From assembly GCF_009914755.1 (NCBI RefSeq), contig NC_060930.1: 64,000 bases of DNA; one strand, 5' to 3'. This document shows positions 25,844 through 38,689 of this stretch, piece after piece. Below the pieces are notes generated by a model that made no database searches, was not told the origin of the DNA, and was given only the letters and a program-made list of their open reading frames with translations. Positions within the stretch are counted from its first letter, which is position 1. Each line of letters opens with the position of its first letter. This stretch comes from the human T2T-CHM13v2.0 reference genome, Homo sapiens. The position numbers and the translations under genes are program-made.

Positions 25844-26292
25844 AACATTTTCTAGTTGATCATTTGTCATCACATTTTGTAACTGACATGCAGAAATATT
25901 GACCTTGTTATATTGTCAAATCTATTATTTACTGCTGTGGCTATTGTTTTGCTTGTTATGATCAGAGCAGTCTTTACTGCTTTAAATTACATGTTTACTT
26001 AAATTTTCTTCAAATAATTTTATGGTTTTAACTTTTTTACATTTTGTTTTCTAATCCACCTATAATTTAGAGTAAAACATAAAGTGGGAATCTAATTTTA
26101 TATTTTTCTAAAGGATTTACTAATTATTCCAGCCTGTCTTCAACTAAATTCAAATGCTAATTTATTCAAATTCTAAAAATAATGCATGACTGTGTTTATT
26201 TCTTGGTATTCTTTTTAGTTTTGGTGCCAACAACAGATTACTCATATTAGAGGCATACATTTAAAAAAAAATGCTAATGTTTGGCTATTTTC

Positions 26293-27277
26293 TCTTTTTT
26301 TTGGCCTTTTATTATATTTAGTTACATTTGATTTATCATATTTTGGTGTCCCTCAGTATGTTCCTCTTATTCTTTTCTTTTATTTTATTATTATTATACT
26401 TCAAGTTTTAGGGTACATGTGCACAACGTGCAGGTTTGTTACATATGTATACATGTGCCATGTTGGTATGCTGCACCCATTAACTCGTCATTTAGCTATC
26501 CCTCCCCGCTCCCCTCACCCCACAACAGTCCCCAGAGTGTGATGTTCCCCTTCCTGTGTCCATGTGTTCTCATTGTTCAATTCCCACCTATGAGTGAGAA
26601 CATGCAGTGTTTGGTTTTGTGTCCTTGTGATAGTTTGATGAGAATGATGGTTTCCAGTTTCATCCATGTCCCTACAAAGGACATGAACTCATCATTTTTT
26701 ATGGCAGCATAGTATTCCATGGTGTATATGTGCCACGTTTTCTTAATCCAGACTATCGTTGTTGGACATTTAGGTTGGTTCCAAGTCTTTGCTATTGTGA
26801 ATAGTGCCGCAATTAACATATGTGTGCATGTGTCTTTATAGCAGCATGATTTATAATCCTTTGATTATATACCCAGTAATGGGATGGCTGGATCAAATGG
26901 TATTTCTAGTTCTAGATCCCCAAGGAATCGCCACACTGACTTCCACAATGGTTGAACCAGTTTACAGTCCCACCAACAGTGTAAAAGTGTTCCTATTTCT
27001 CCACATCCTCTCCAGCACCTGTTGTTTCCTGACTTTTTAATGATCGCCATTCTAACTGGTGTGAGATGGTATCTCATTGTGGTTTTGATTTGCATTTCTC
27101 TGATGGCCAGTGATGATGAGCATTTTTTCATGTGTTTTTTGGCTGCATAAATGTCTTCTTTTGAGAAGTGTCAGTTCATATGCTTCACCTACTTTTTGAG
27201 GGGGTTGTTTTTTTTTTCTTGAAAATTTGTTTGAGTTCATTGTAGATTCTGGATATTAGCCCTTTGTCAGATGAGTA
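26293..27277 (-). mobile_element. 5'-truncated L1PA3-5-like element with probable 3' transduction
   Basis: L1 ORF2 end/3' UTR at ~26371-27277; 18-bp repeat taatgtttggctattttc at 26275-26292 and 27276-27293 encloses an extra unique segment and a second T tract. Confidence 0.9.
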
Positions 27278-29830
27278 ATGTTTGGCTATTTTCAAGTGTT
27301 TATTATTCCAAAGAATTTAATGAGTCAGATTCTGATGCATACATTAGACCTGTGATTCAAGTTGTATTAGATTTGACATCTTTAAAATAGTGAACCATCA
27401 AATTTTTGTTATGCATCACCATTTATTCTGAACTCTTTTTATGCCATTGAATAGTGTTTTATAGTTTTGTTTTTATAGGTTCTGTAATTTTTCCTAAATT
27501 TACTTCTAGATATTTGCAGTTGAAATTTTAAATAAGCTTGTACATTATAATTTAAAAGTTTACTACTTGTATATTAAAAAGATGTTGATGTGAATTTATT
27601 GAAGGCAACTGAGAGTTTTTCAGATAATTCTCTAGTTTTATAGGATGAAATATCCATTTTATAAACCACATAAAAAGATAGTTTGGATTATTTTCAATAA
27701 TTGGATCTAATGTATTTTTCTTGCCTGAATATATTGGCTAAAACTTTAATAATAATATTTAATGATTGTTGTAACAAACGATAATATTTAATGTCGGTTT
27801 TTCTCCTAAAATACAAAACTGTTTGAGAGGAATCCTTTAATGTTTATTTTGTATTATTACTTAAACCAGTGCTTCTCAACTAATGGTTATACCATCCAAA
27901 TAAATAGCATTAATTTAAAAGAAGTATCCTTGTAGTCTTCATTTACTGTTTATTCCAAGAATGTTTGCTGAATTTTATTAAACATATTTCCTTTTTGTGC
28001 CAAATTGGTCATGTTCTTAATCTTCACATCTGGTATTAAGGTAAATTATATGAATGGATTATTTCATTTCAAATTATCTTTGTTCACTTGAATGAAACAC
28101 ATTCAAACATAGCTTGCTTTGTTTGTTGCTTTTTTATTTATGATTTTTTACATTCTATTTGGATGTTTTCTCAGTTTTCTTTTTTGAGTTATTTTAGTAG
28201 CTATAAACAAGTGTAAAGATTATTTTAGGCCTGTTCCCTTAAATTAACTGGGAATAGATTATATAACATAGGAATTATTTGATATTCAACTGATTGGAAG
28301 AACATGGTATAAATTTATGTGAGCCAAATGTATTTTTGGAGATAAATCTTTGATAAATTTATATCTTTCACTATTCCTTGTTCTTTGTTTTATTCTTCTC
28401 TAGCCAATTATGATAATTCTAAATTATCGTTAAAAATTCCTTTTTATAAAGTATTTTTCTCAGAAATGTTAAAGTTGCACTATATAGATTTATATTTTTT
28501 ACATTATAACTCTAAACTATTCTGTACTTACATTTGAACTGTCATTTCTCATTTTATATATTGGGGTTTTCTTGGTATGATTAAAGTTATTAGAGATTAA
28601 ACCACTACCTCTTTTTAAAAATTTAATCTTACTAATTTTCTACTTTCTATTTCACCAATTTCTGCCTTTTTCTTGCATTGATTGAGTTCATTAGACTTAT
28701 GGGTTATTTTGTTTCTAATTTCTCATATTGACAGTTAATCTTCTTTGTTTAGAAGAATTTTTTGTTTAGAATAACTGTCAATATGAAAACTGTCAATAAG
28801 AAAAGTTTGTTTGCTTATTCAATCATGAAAGTATTTAATGTGATGACATGTTCTATAATATCTCGTACGCTATATTCTCATTATTGTTACTTCCCAGCTA
28901 TTCTGTTGGTAAAGTTTTGATATTTTCTTGGATATAAAAGTTATTTAGAAGATAATTTATTATACCTTTTTTCTTGTAAGAAATTAAGATTGTTGGTTTA
29001 TATTTTATTTTAATCTCCATGTTTATTATATTGTGATCACATATTATTATTAAAATTTATTAAGGTAATTATGGATATATATTTTTTAGGGTAAAGGAGT
29101 AGTTTGATACATAAATTAAATTGCTTTTATTATATTATTCATGTTCTTCTTGTTTTCTTTACCTTTTTTAACCTAATTAAAAGATTTGGAACTGAAAGAG
29201 ATAAATACGTGTCTTAGATCGTGATTTTTGTTTCTGTCAATTTCACCTTACATTTCCTAGAGATTTGCTTTATATTTCTATATTGTATTATCTGCTGTAA
29301 AACTTTTCTGACTGTTAGTGTTTTGCTATGATTGAAGGCTTTACTAATGTAAATTATAATTATTTAACCAATTTGAAACATTTATTTTGATTTTTACCTG
29401 TTTTGTTAATAATTTTGAGGCTCCTTTATTTTGTTTTAGATGTCAATGATTTATTCTTATCCAATATTTAACTTTAAATTTCTCCTAGTTGGTTTTAAGT
29501 TTTCCTCTGGTAAAAAAGTTATATTTTGACTTTTAACCCAATTTTTCTATATAGCATTATTTTTAACAAATATTTTGTTTCTGTAACTGGCAAATTTGTA
29601 CTTACTTTCTTATTTCTGTTTGTTTTAAATATACCTTTTTTGTTGCTTTTATTCTTTTACCATTTCATTTTCTTTTTTTTTCTATTTTATTATTTATTTT
29701 ATGGTTTCTTTCATTTTTTTCCCACTGGTGATTTGGAAAGTATATATGCTATTCAAAATTCTAGTAAAACAAATTAACTCATATTTACCTCCTATGGCTA
29801 TAGTTCCAGATTTTTATCTGATAATTTTGA

Positions 29831-30310
29831 ATGGTGAAGATTCATTTATGTGTCATATTTGCTAAGCTATTATACACAGTTACTCAATCAAACACTAATC
29901 TAGGTGTTACTGTGAAGGTATTTTGTCAATGTGGTTAACACAGTTGAGTTTAAGGAGATTAGGCCACCCAATAATGTGGGTGGGCCTCATCAATCAGCCA
30001 GAAGACCTTAAAAGCAAAAGTGAGATTTCTTTGGGGAAGAAGAAATTCTGCCTTAAGACGGCAAACCAGTTCTTCCGTACTTTACAACATACTGGCCTGC
30101 TTACAGATTTCAAACTCTCCAGCTCCCATAATTGTGTAAATCTATCCCTTGAAATACATCTCTTTATATATAAATGTATGTATATTAATATTTACTATAC
30201 CTATTGTATAATTTACATACATATAACAGGTAGGATACACACACACACACACACACACATGCACATAACCTACTGATTATGTATTTTTTGTATAAAGAGA
30301 ACTCCAACTA
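29831..30310 (+). mobile_element. MLT2-type ERVL LTR containing a (CA)n tract (~30237-30259)
   Basis: caaacactaatctaggtgttactgtgaaggtatttt, ataatgtgggtgggcctcat, gaagaaattctgcc. Confidence 0.8.
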
Positions 30311-30664
<354 letters not shown>

Positions 30665-31736
30665 GGAATTTGTTTTGTTTTAATAACCATAGTTACACTA
30701 TAATATTTAAATTATTTCAGTGCTTCTTAGTTATTTATATTATTCTCAAATTTTATTTCTGTTCCCAAATTTTAAGTTTAGTTTAATCTCTTTATTTGAA
30801 CACTGAATTTTCTTCCATTTTCCACATGAGCGTCTTAGCAGTGTGTCCAATTCTTTGGTCACAATATTTTTTTCCTTAAACATTTATAGATGTGGCATCA
30901 CGATCTTCCCACATGTGATGGTGTAGAGGTGAATGCTAAGGCTAGAAAGCTTGATGTTCCTTTCCTTTACTTTTTGTTCACTCTATTTTTCTTATACTAT
31001 GAAGATAATGTAATAAAGCAATCACCATCCTTGATATTAATCTTTTCTAATAAAATGTAACTATTCCCATATTTTCTATGTGTATTTCAGTTATAGTGTT
31101 CATTATTCTTTCTGTTGTAGTTATTCTGAGTTCTTACTAAAAAGACATATGACCCATAGATAGCTTTTAATTTTCTGATCTCTATTTCTAGTACTTTATC
31201 TTTTGTTATTTTTATTTCCTAGTCTTATCCTCTGTGTTTGGATAGGTCTCCATCAGTTTGTTCTTCATTTTACCTATTCTTTGAGGAAGCAATGACTCTG
31301 TTCTTTACTGCCTCCAATGCATTATTAAATTTCACAATATACTTCATATGTTTCATCTCCCTCCTATTTTATTTCTGTCTATATCTTAATGAGGTACCTT
31401 TTCAGCTTAGACATAGTATTCTTACCTCATACTTCATCTCTTATCTCATGGAATTCATATATTTTAAGATTTTATGGACAGCAATAATTATGTATTATCT
31501 AAAATTTTCTCCTGAAATAAACTGTGTTCCTCTATTACCTTTTGCATGTTTTGTTCTCCTTCTGTTATGTTATAGAGATATTTTTTAAATTCCCTATAAT
31601 CGCTTATTTTTCTACTTGCTCATCCTTTAATTATAATGTTTAACCTAAAAATCAGTTTCATATTGTAACAAAATCTCAAGCAGAAGCAACCTAAACAACA
31701 ACCAAGAAAAAGCCCTAAGTTACTCTCATTCCTTAC

Positions 31737-31824
31737 CTCTCATTTCCTGAGGCAATATCAGCTCCAAGATGTGTCCAGGAGTTCTTAGGATAAGCACTGT
31801 AAAGATGAACTTTCCCATAAACCC
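31737..31824 (-). CDS. PKHD1: Fibrocystin coding exon 55 (88 nt, phase 1-2): [29 protein letters not shown]
   Basis: Acceptor cttttattttcag|GG, donor GAG|gtaagg; peptide is the end of ORF 31733..31966. Confidence 0.95.
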
Positions 31825-33909
31825 CTGAAAATAAAAGGAGTAACAGTTGGATAGAAAAATCCTTCAGAGGAATGAAAGCCAGGTAAGTAAAAGTCATTCC
31901 AGAGGCTGTTGTGCAAAACATGTGATATAGAATCTCTATATGAAGGTCCCATATTATCAAAAGCATTATTTAAATGCTCTATTTTACAATACTAAGATAT
32001 ATCTCACATGGCTATGAAATTTATTCTCTCAAATGCTATAGAAAAAAGAATGCTACACCACATCACAATAATCTAAAAGGTGGGAAAATAGACCACTCTA
32101 ATGACTAAAGTTGAAGAGGTACTCCTTTCCACTCTTACGTGACTCCAAACCATTTGCAATTCTTTTGGAAGTTAACCAGTTTTGATATTTTTTGTTACAC
32201 ACTAGGTTCTCCAAAAGCATGGTTAACTCTATTTCCTTAGGATAGAGTTTTGGAGCTATTAGCTTTATGTTTAGTGGCTGGACTTAATATTTTGTCTTAT
32301 AAATATCAAGGGAGAAATTTCTAAGTCCTTTGTTTCAAAATGCAGTTTATTTCAGACTAATAAATTAAAGGCTTAGGAGAAATGTGCTTGATACAGCTCA
32401 GTTTTATTTTTTCATGTCTTTCTTCCTATATGTTTTATTGCCATTTTCAATCATAATTCCTCATATTCTAGTGGTTTAAAATGTTTTGACCATGAACCTC
32501 ACCAGAAAAAGAAAAAACATGTGATTGTGTACTCTCAGCACATATATATTTATTTTATTTAGATAACTCAGATATTTATATTTAGATAAAAAATATACAC
32601 ATATATGAATATACTAATATATATTGGAATAGAAGTTCTAATATTTTATTCCTGCACCCAAATGTATTGTCTGCATATCCCTGGATTGATGCACTGTATT
32701 TTATTGCAAGTCATTAATCTAAAAATTTAAAAATTTTACAATTTTCATCAGAAAACATAGAAATAAAAGAAGCAGGAGACCACTAAGGTACAAATAATAT
32801 GACTTTGGTGTTCATCTGATAAGGACCAAAAAAAAAAAAATCCCAATTAATTAGAACTTAACCAACTGTTTATATCAACATCCACATTTTTTCCATATAT
32901 CAACTATGAAAATGTCAGAAGATAAGAAAACTAAATCAGGATAAATGGATATAAAAAGAACCCCATTTTCAGGACGTGTCCTGAAACCAATCTTTCATAA
33001 TAGCATTTATATATTTCATAAGACATCATCATCTAAAACCAAAATCCATCTTTTTTCACTATAGGCTAAGTAAGCTAGGCTGAGAAGGATCCTGAAGTAA
33101 TTTAAAGAGATTTTCAACCAAAGCATTTATAACAAAAAGCAGTTCATGTCCTTAAATTTGAATTATCCAGAAAATTCAATTGACCAGAAAAGCAGATTTC
33201 TTGGTCATTTCCAATCATCAAAGGTTTACTGTAAAATGACACCATTTCTTAGTTGTTTCAAGAAGATTACAAATGATTTAATACGATTAAAATTTGTCAT
33301 CTACTTATGATACTACAAAAATTTGAGCATGCAGTAAAAGAAATACTTCATTCTTTATTTCAATTTAGTATCAAAGAAAATTTCAAAGACACTAGTTTGA
33401 CCGTACAGCCAGGATCGGGGATCAGAGCAGGCATCTGTGGATAGTCCTAACAGAAAGTTTGTTCCAGTGTTATCACGCTACAGAAAAGAGTGAATACCAC
33501 AGGCAAAAGAAGATCAAATATTCCTATAATAATCCATCTAGTTTGTCAACTTAGAAAAATTAAAACATTCTTGAACCTCTTGTTATTAGAAAGATAAAAT
33601 AAATAGCATGCATGGAAAAAACCTTTGGAAACTTAAAGTGCTATCAAAGTGTTATATGACAATAGTTATATATTATGGAACTAAGTTAAGAAACTTCATA
33701 CTAGCTTAACATTATTGCCTCCACTCTATTGAGTACTGAGATCCAGAGAGGGAGCCATTGACTGCTAATGAATATTAAATTTATATCTCATAGTGTTCAG
33801 AAACCTCAGAAATGATGGTCCTTGCTCTTTTTCCACAAGGAAAAATGACTTACTTGAAAACCTCCAACACAGCAATGCATCTAAGGGAGAATCCAAGAAA
33901 ATTAACAAC

Positions 33910-34235
33910 CAATTTTCTTTAAAAATGTTCATATTTTTTCTTTTAGTTAATTTTTTTCTCACTTATATAATAGTTGAAATAAGTTCACTATATTTTATTA
34001 TTCTTTTAGATATTGTATTGTCACATAGCTTAAATATGATAACATATTTATTATTCTTTTAGCTATTGTATTGTCACACAGCTTAAATATAATAACATAT
34101 TTTTAAATATAATAACATTTAAGCTGTGTGACAATACAATAGCTAAAAGAGTAATAAAGTATAGTGAACTTATTTCAACTATTATATAAGTAAGGGAAAA
34201 ATAACCAAAAAAATGAACATTCTTGAAGAAAATTG
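33910..34235. repeat. Long AT-rich inverted repeat (palindrome) with internal 53-bp and 20-bp tandem duplications
   Basis: 33961-33992 is the exact reverse complement of 34160-34191; 34047-34088 pairs with 34117-34158 (1 mismatch); 33910-33932 pairs with 34213-34235 (2 mismatches). Confidence 0.93.
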
Positions 34236-34842
34236 CTTCATGCCAAGAGTTATCCCTCTTTACTTATAAAATTAGTAATGCCCATATAGAAAAAGTGAGA
34301 AAATACTTTAAATCTGATGAACATTCTCTTATGCCTCAAAACTGAGTTAGTTGGGGATACATACATATGGTTATACAAGGCCAGTCCCCGTTTCTGTACT
34401 TTTACATAGACCAATTTAAAATAGCATTTGGTATTGTGGCAATAGCAAATAAAGAAATTGTCAACAGTGAATGTTCCTTATTAATTTATAGATCTATCAG
34501 TTGTATAAATGTATCAATAATCGAGTAGTATTTATAGTTGATAATATTGACTCAGTCGAAACTTTAGTGTCTGACTAATCTGGATCTTAATCCATAATGC
34601 TGACACTATAAAGCTGTGTGGTTTTCTGCATGTCGTTCATCATCTCTGAGTCTTAGTTTTGACATCTCTAAAATGGACACTACTCACAAGAGAGCTGGTA
34701 AGTGAAATAATAAATATAAATTGCCTAAAAGGGTGTTTGGAATTTAGCATATGTTCTATGAATAGTATTTCTCTATCAGACACAAGCACACAATACACAC
34801 ACATGCATTTTATTTTTAATAAAAACTATATTATACTCTTAC

Positions 34843-34956
34843 CAATTGTTCCTGGGTCAATATGAATTCCATTCATACGGTCACAAAAGACTCCCTCTGA
34901 GGCTCTAAGGAGAATCAGAAGCTTTTGTTCCTTTTCTAAGGGATTTTCTAAAGTAC
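34843..34956 (-). CDS. PKHD1: Fibrocystin coding exon 54 (114 nt, phase 1-1): [38 protein letters not shown]
   Basis: Acceptor tttgtaaacag|GT, donor TTG|gtaaga; in frame with exons 53 and 55. Confidence 0.95.
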
Positions 34957-35149
34957 CTGTTTACAAAGAAAAGTATATCATTCAAATGAATTTGAAATTA
35001 AAAGAAAGAGAGGGAGAAATTGCAGTATAATTTCAATAATGCAATGTAGATACTGTGAAGTAGACTATATGGAGGAGTCAATGGTCATGCAGATGAAATA
35101 AGAGTAGGATAAAAAAGATTCAGTAAACTTCTTTGAAGGAGACTCATGT

Positions 35150-35555
35150 ATTATTCACCAGGTATTCACTCTTCTTTCTTTATTAGGGCAGTGTAAACTT
35201 TCCTGACCTACTAATATTTATCCTGGTCATATGACTTGCTTTGACCAATGAAATTTGTGTGAAAGTGGTAGGAATATTAGTTTTCAGTTGATGCTTTAAG
35301 GGACTTGGCAAGTTGTTTTGTTTTGTTTTATTTCATTTTTTACCAGATCTCTTTCAATGTTGTTCTCTACCATGAATACAGAATTTCTTAAATAGCCTGT
35401 GGTATCTGAATGAAGAGATATGCAGAGCAAACCTGAATAGAATGCACAAGCTGGAGCCAAGTTCAACTAAGTCTAACACAAATATTTCTTGATGTAAACC
35501 ACTGAGATTTGGGGATTGTTACACACCATTATTATGGCAAAACCTGCCTGATACA
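35150..35555 (+). mobile_element. MLT1-type MaLR LTR, diverged
   Basis: tggtcatatgacttgctttgaccaatgaaat, taaaccactgagatttggggattgttac motifs. Confidence 0.6.
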
Positions 35556-38500
35556 CTGTCTATGGCTAGATAACCTTCAAATCTCTTTATATGCATTTTA
35601 GCATTTACTCCTCACAACAAACCTGAGAAGTCAGTATAATTATTATCCCAGTTTTAAATATTTGCACATAAAGAGGCTTACAGGTTAAGGGACTTGTCTA
35701 AATTGATCCAACTATTAAGTAACAGAATCTATTTGAACACAGATCTGTTTATGCTAAGTGTTTATTTAACAGATAAGAGGTTATTTTCTAAAACTAAATT
35801 CTTTTAGCAGCATAAAGACTCATAAAGACATAAGGCTATGATACTCAGACAGCAGTTGGAATTCTTTCTGACCTAATTTTATTGATGTTAACAGTGGAGT
35901 TTGGTATGAAAATTCATACTTCTATGGTATGAGAATTGTTCAGGGAATTTGTCAAATTAGCGTTAGTGAGTATGGACCTGAGGAAGGTTAGTTTCAATGG
36001 AACATATGTCTTAGAGTACAAAAATACTAAAGTTATTAAAGTCAGTTGTTTGAGAAGTAACTGGTGGGAAGGTAATCCCAAAATTATATTCCAAATCAGA
36101 CAGGTTAATAAAAACCACCGGCTATCAAATGCGACTTCCCAGTATATAAATTCCCGAAAAGATAACCAAAAATGACATTGCTAAATACAATGTGAAATAA
36201 CTAGTAAACTTACAATTGCCTGGTTTTCATCTTGGTTGCTGGTCTTTTGAGCAACATAAAATCATCCCCCCTTGCTGACACTTCCTATATACCTGGATAG
36301 CCAAAAGGCACAAGGTAAGTCTAAAGCTTGCTACATACCTATTTTTATAGTTCAGCCTTCACAGCCATTACTCTAGTACTCTGCTGAAAGCAAGCAAGAT
36401 TCAGACAGGTAAGTAAATCTGCCTAGAGGCATATAGTAGGTCAATGGGTGAGCAAGCCTATGTATTTCCAATAATATGCAAAGGTGTGTTGCTCCTCTGT
36501 GTAGGTAATGCCACTCCTCAGCTGAGAGCCTGATGCATCATCTTAGTGAAAATAAAGATGTGCTAGAGCAGAAAGAAGGGAAGCAGGGGAGGATGAAAAT
36601 GTTTAGTAAATGTGTATGGCGTAGCTGTTATCTTGCCATTACAAGTCTGTCCAGTAAGCTGTTTTCCAACTGTGATTTCATTTATTTCACGGAGGGTAGT
36701 TTAGAGTCTTTGGGAAAAAAAAAAAAAGTGGCCTAGCACTAAAGAGATACCAGAGAGAAAAAAGTAGGACAGTTTTTGCCCTAGAGAAATGTATGCAGAG
36801 TCCCACAAAAAGAGTTCAGCGTTCCTCTAAAATTAGAGATTAAATCAATTATGCAACCCAACACTGCAGCACATGTGGAGCTTTCGCAGAAAGTCTGGGC
36901 AAAATTAGTTAGCCTGCCGTGATCTTTTGCTATCTGCAATGGCCAGAATTTGGCTTCCTTTTTGTAACTGAGAGAAAACGAAAGATGAAGAATAGGGACT
37001 AAGTACAAAGAAGGCAAAGGTGACCTAACAGAAGGAAATACATGCTATTGTAACATAAAAATGAAATGCTTCTTGAATGTGTAAAAGCTGATAAATGGAA
37101 AGCTTTAAAGGCTGAGATCCTCATTTTCTTCTCAAATCTAGCAATCAAAGAAAGGTGAGGTGCTCTCTCCAGCGTGGACTTTGCCCCTAAATGAGGGTAG
37201 CCACCTCTGAGACAGAAGATGCTCAGGATATGCAGCTCATCCTTGGTTGACCTTTGTAAAGCTTCTCTAAACTATACTAAGAGGCATATTAAACCTGGGC
37301 AAATTTATGTATTCATAATGGGAGGAAAAATAATTGTCATTGTGCTGCAAAGACATTCCGGATATTTTCACATGCACAATTTAATTCTCACAATTTTATG
37401 ATGAATACAGTTGAGGTTCTGATGAGGAAACTGAGGCAAAGAGAGGTTAAGTAGCTTGTCAGGAATCACACAGCTGTTAAATGGTGAAGTTGGGCCTTAG
37501 ACTTAATAAGTACCATCCTAGGACGTGTGGATATGGAGGAATAGAAAAGAAGTAAAGGGAAGCAGGCATTACTTAGTATGATGGTGGGCAGTGAAGGGGA
37601 AACAATGTGTTCCAGATGCTAAAATCACCTGGAGAGATGGAAGAAAATGAGTTCTGGCATATGAAAGATAATCATTATAATTATTTGGGGAATATGGTAC
37701 AAATGGGTTCCAGGAACTTCAAAAGGTAAGAATAAGAAAAAAAGGCATTTCATTATTTTATTAACTAAAGCTCTTTGATGGAATCAAGTATAATCCTAGT
37801 TTGCACTTAAGCCCACTCTGTCAACATGACTCACCAGACCTTGTACCAAGCCAACCCATAAGAAATTATTTACCCTTCCTTCAACTCACTCTCCTCTGTG
37901 CTCATGAGATTTCCCAGCATTTATGTTTTACCTTCATCTTAACTAACTCTGATTCATCCCTCAAAACTTGGCTCCACCGTAATGTATTCCTAAAAGCCTT
38001 CTATGATCTTGAATTAGATGCCCCCTTTTGTGTGTAAAATCTTCTGTACCCCTTGCTAAAGTAATTCTACTTCAAGAAACTTGTCCTCAAGAACTAGTAG
38101 GGGACAAGGACAAAGAATAATGCTCAAAGTTCTCCACTGCAGTGTTATTTATTTATAATTGGCAACATTTAAAAACACCTTGAAATAGCAAACAATTAGA
38201 AATATTTTTGTCCATTTTAAACTCCTTCCTTTCTTCCCAGACTTTTTGACACACTTAATAGCTGAAACATACAAGTCCCCAAGCAACCATATACTCCCTT
38301 GCCTCTGCCCCCCTCTGCCTTCATTCCTGTTTTTGTCACGGCCAACTCTTACATACTTTCAAACCCAGTTGAGATGCCACCTCTTCTGGAAATGCCCTTG
38401 TCAACTAAGTCTGGGTTAAGTGACCTTCTAAGGGCTATCACAGAATGCCATGTTTTGCTACAATACTTCTAAAACTATACTGTAAGGGCCATTTACCTGA

Positions 38501-38689
38501 TTGCCTCCTTCTCTCAGTGAGCGCAAGAAGAAACTATGTATTCCCAGCAGAGTTTATTTGAAGATATTTTATTCCAGAAATGTTTAACTTGGTAATTTTT
38601 ACCAACCCTCCTGGAGAAAACAATTGGAATAAAGAAAAATACCCCCTAGTAATAAAAGACTAATTTCACCAGTAAATTACAACTTTTAA

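Noticed and set aside
32967-32986. Short palindromes (tttcaggac-gt-gtcctgaaa here; also ~6053-6067 and 50952-50973)
   Set aside because: Arms of 7-9 bp are expected by chance in 64 kb
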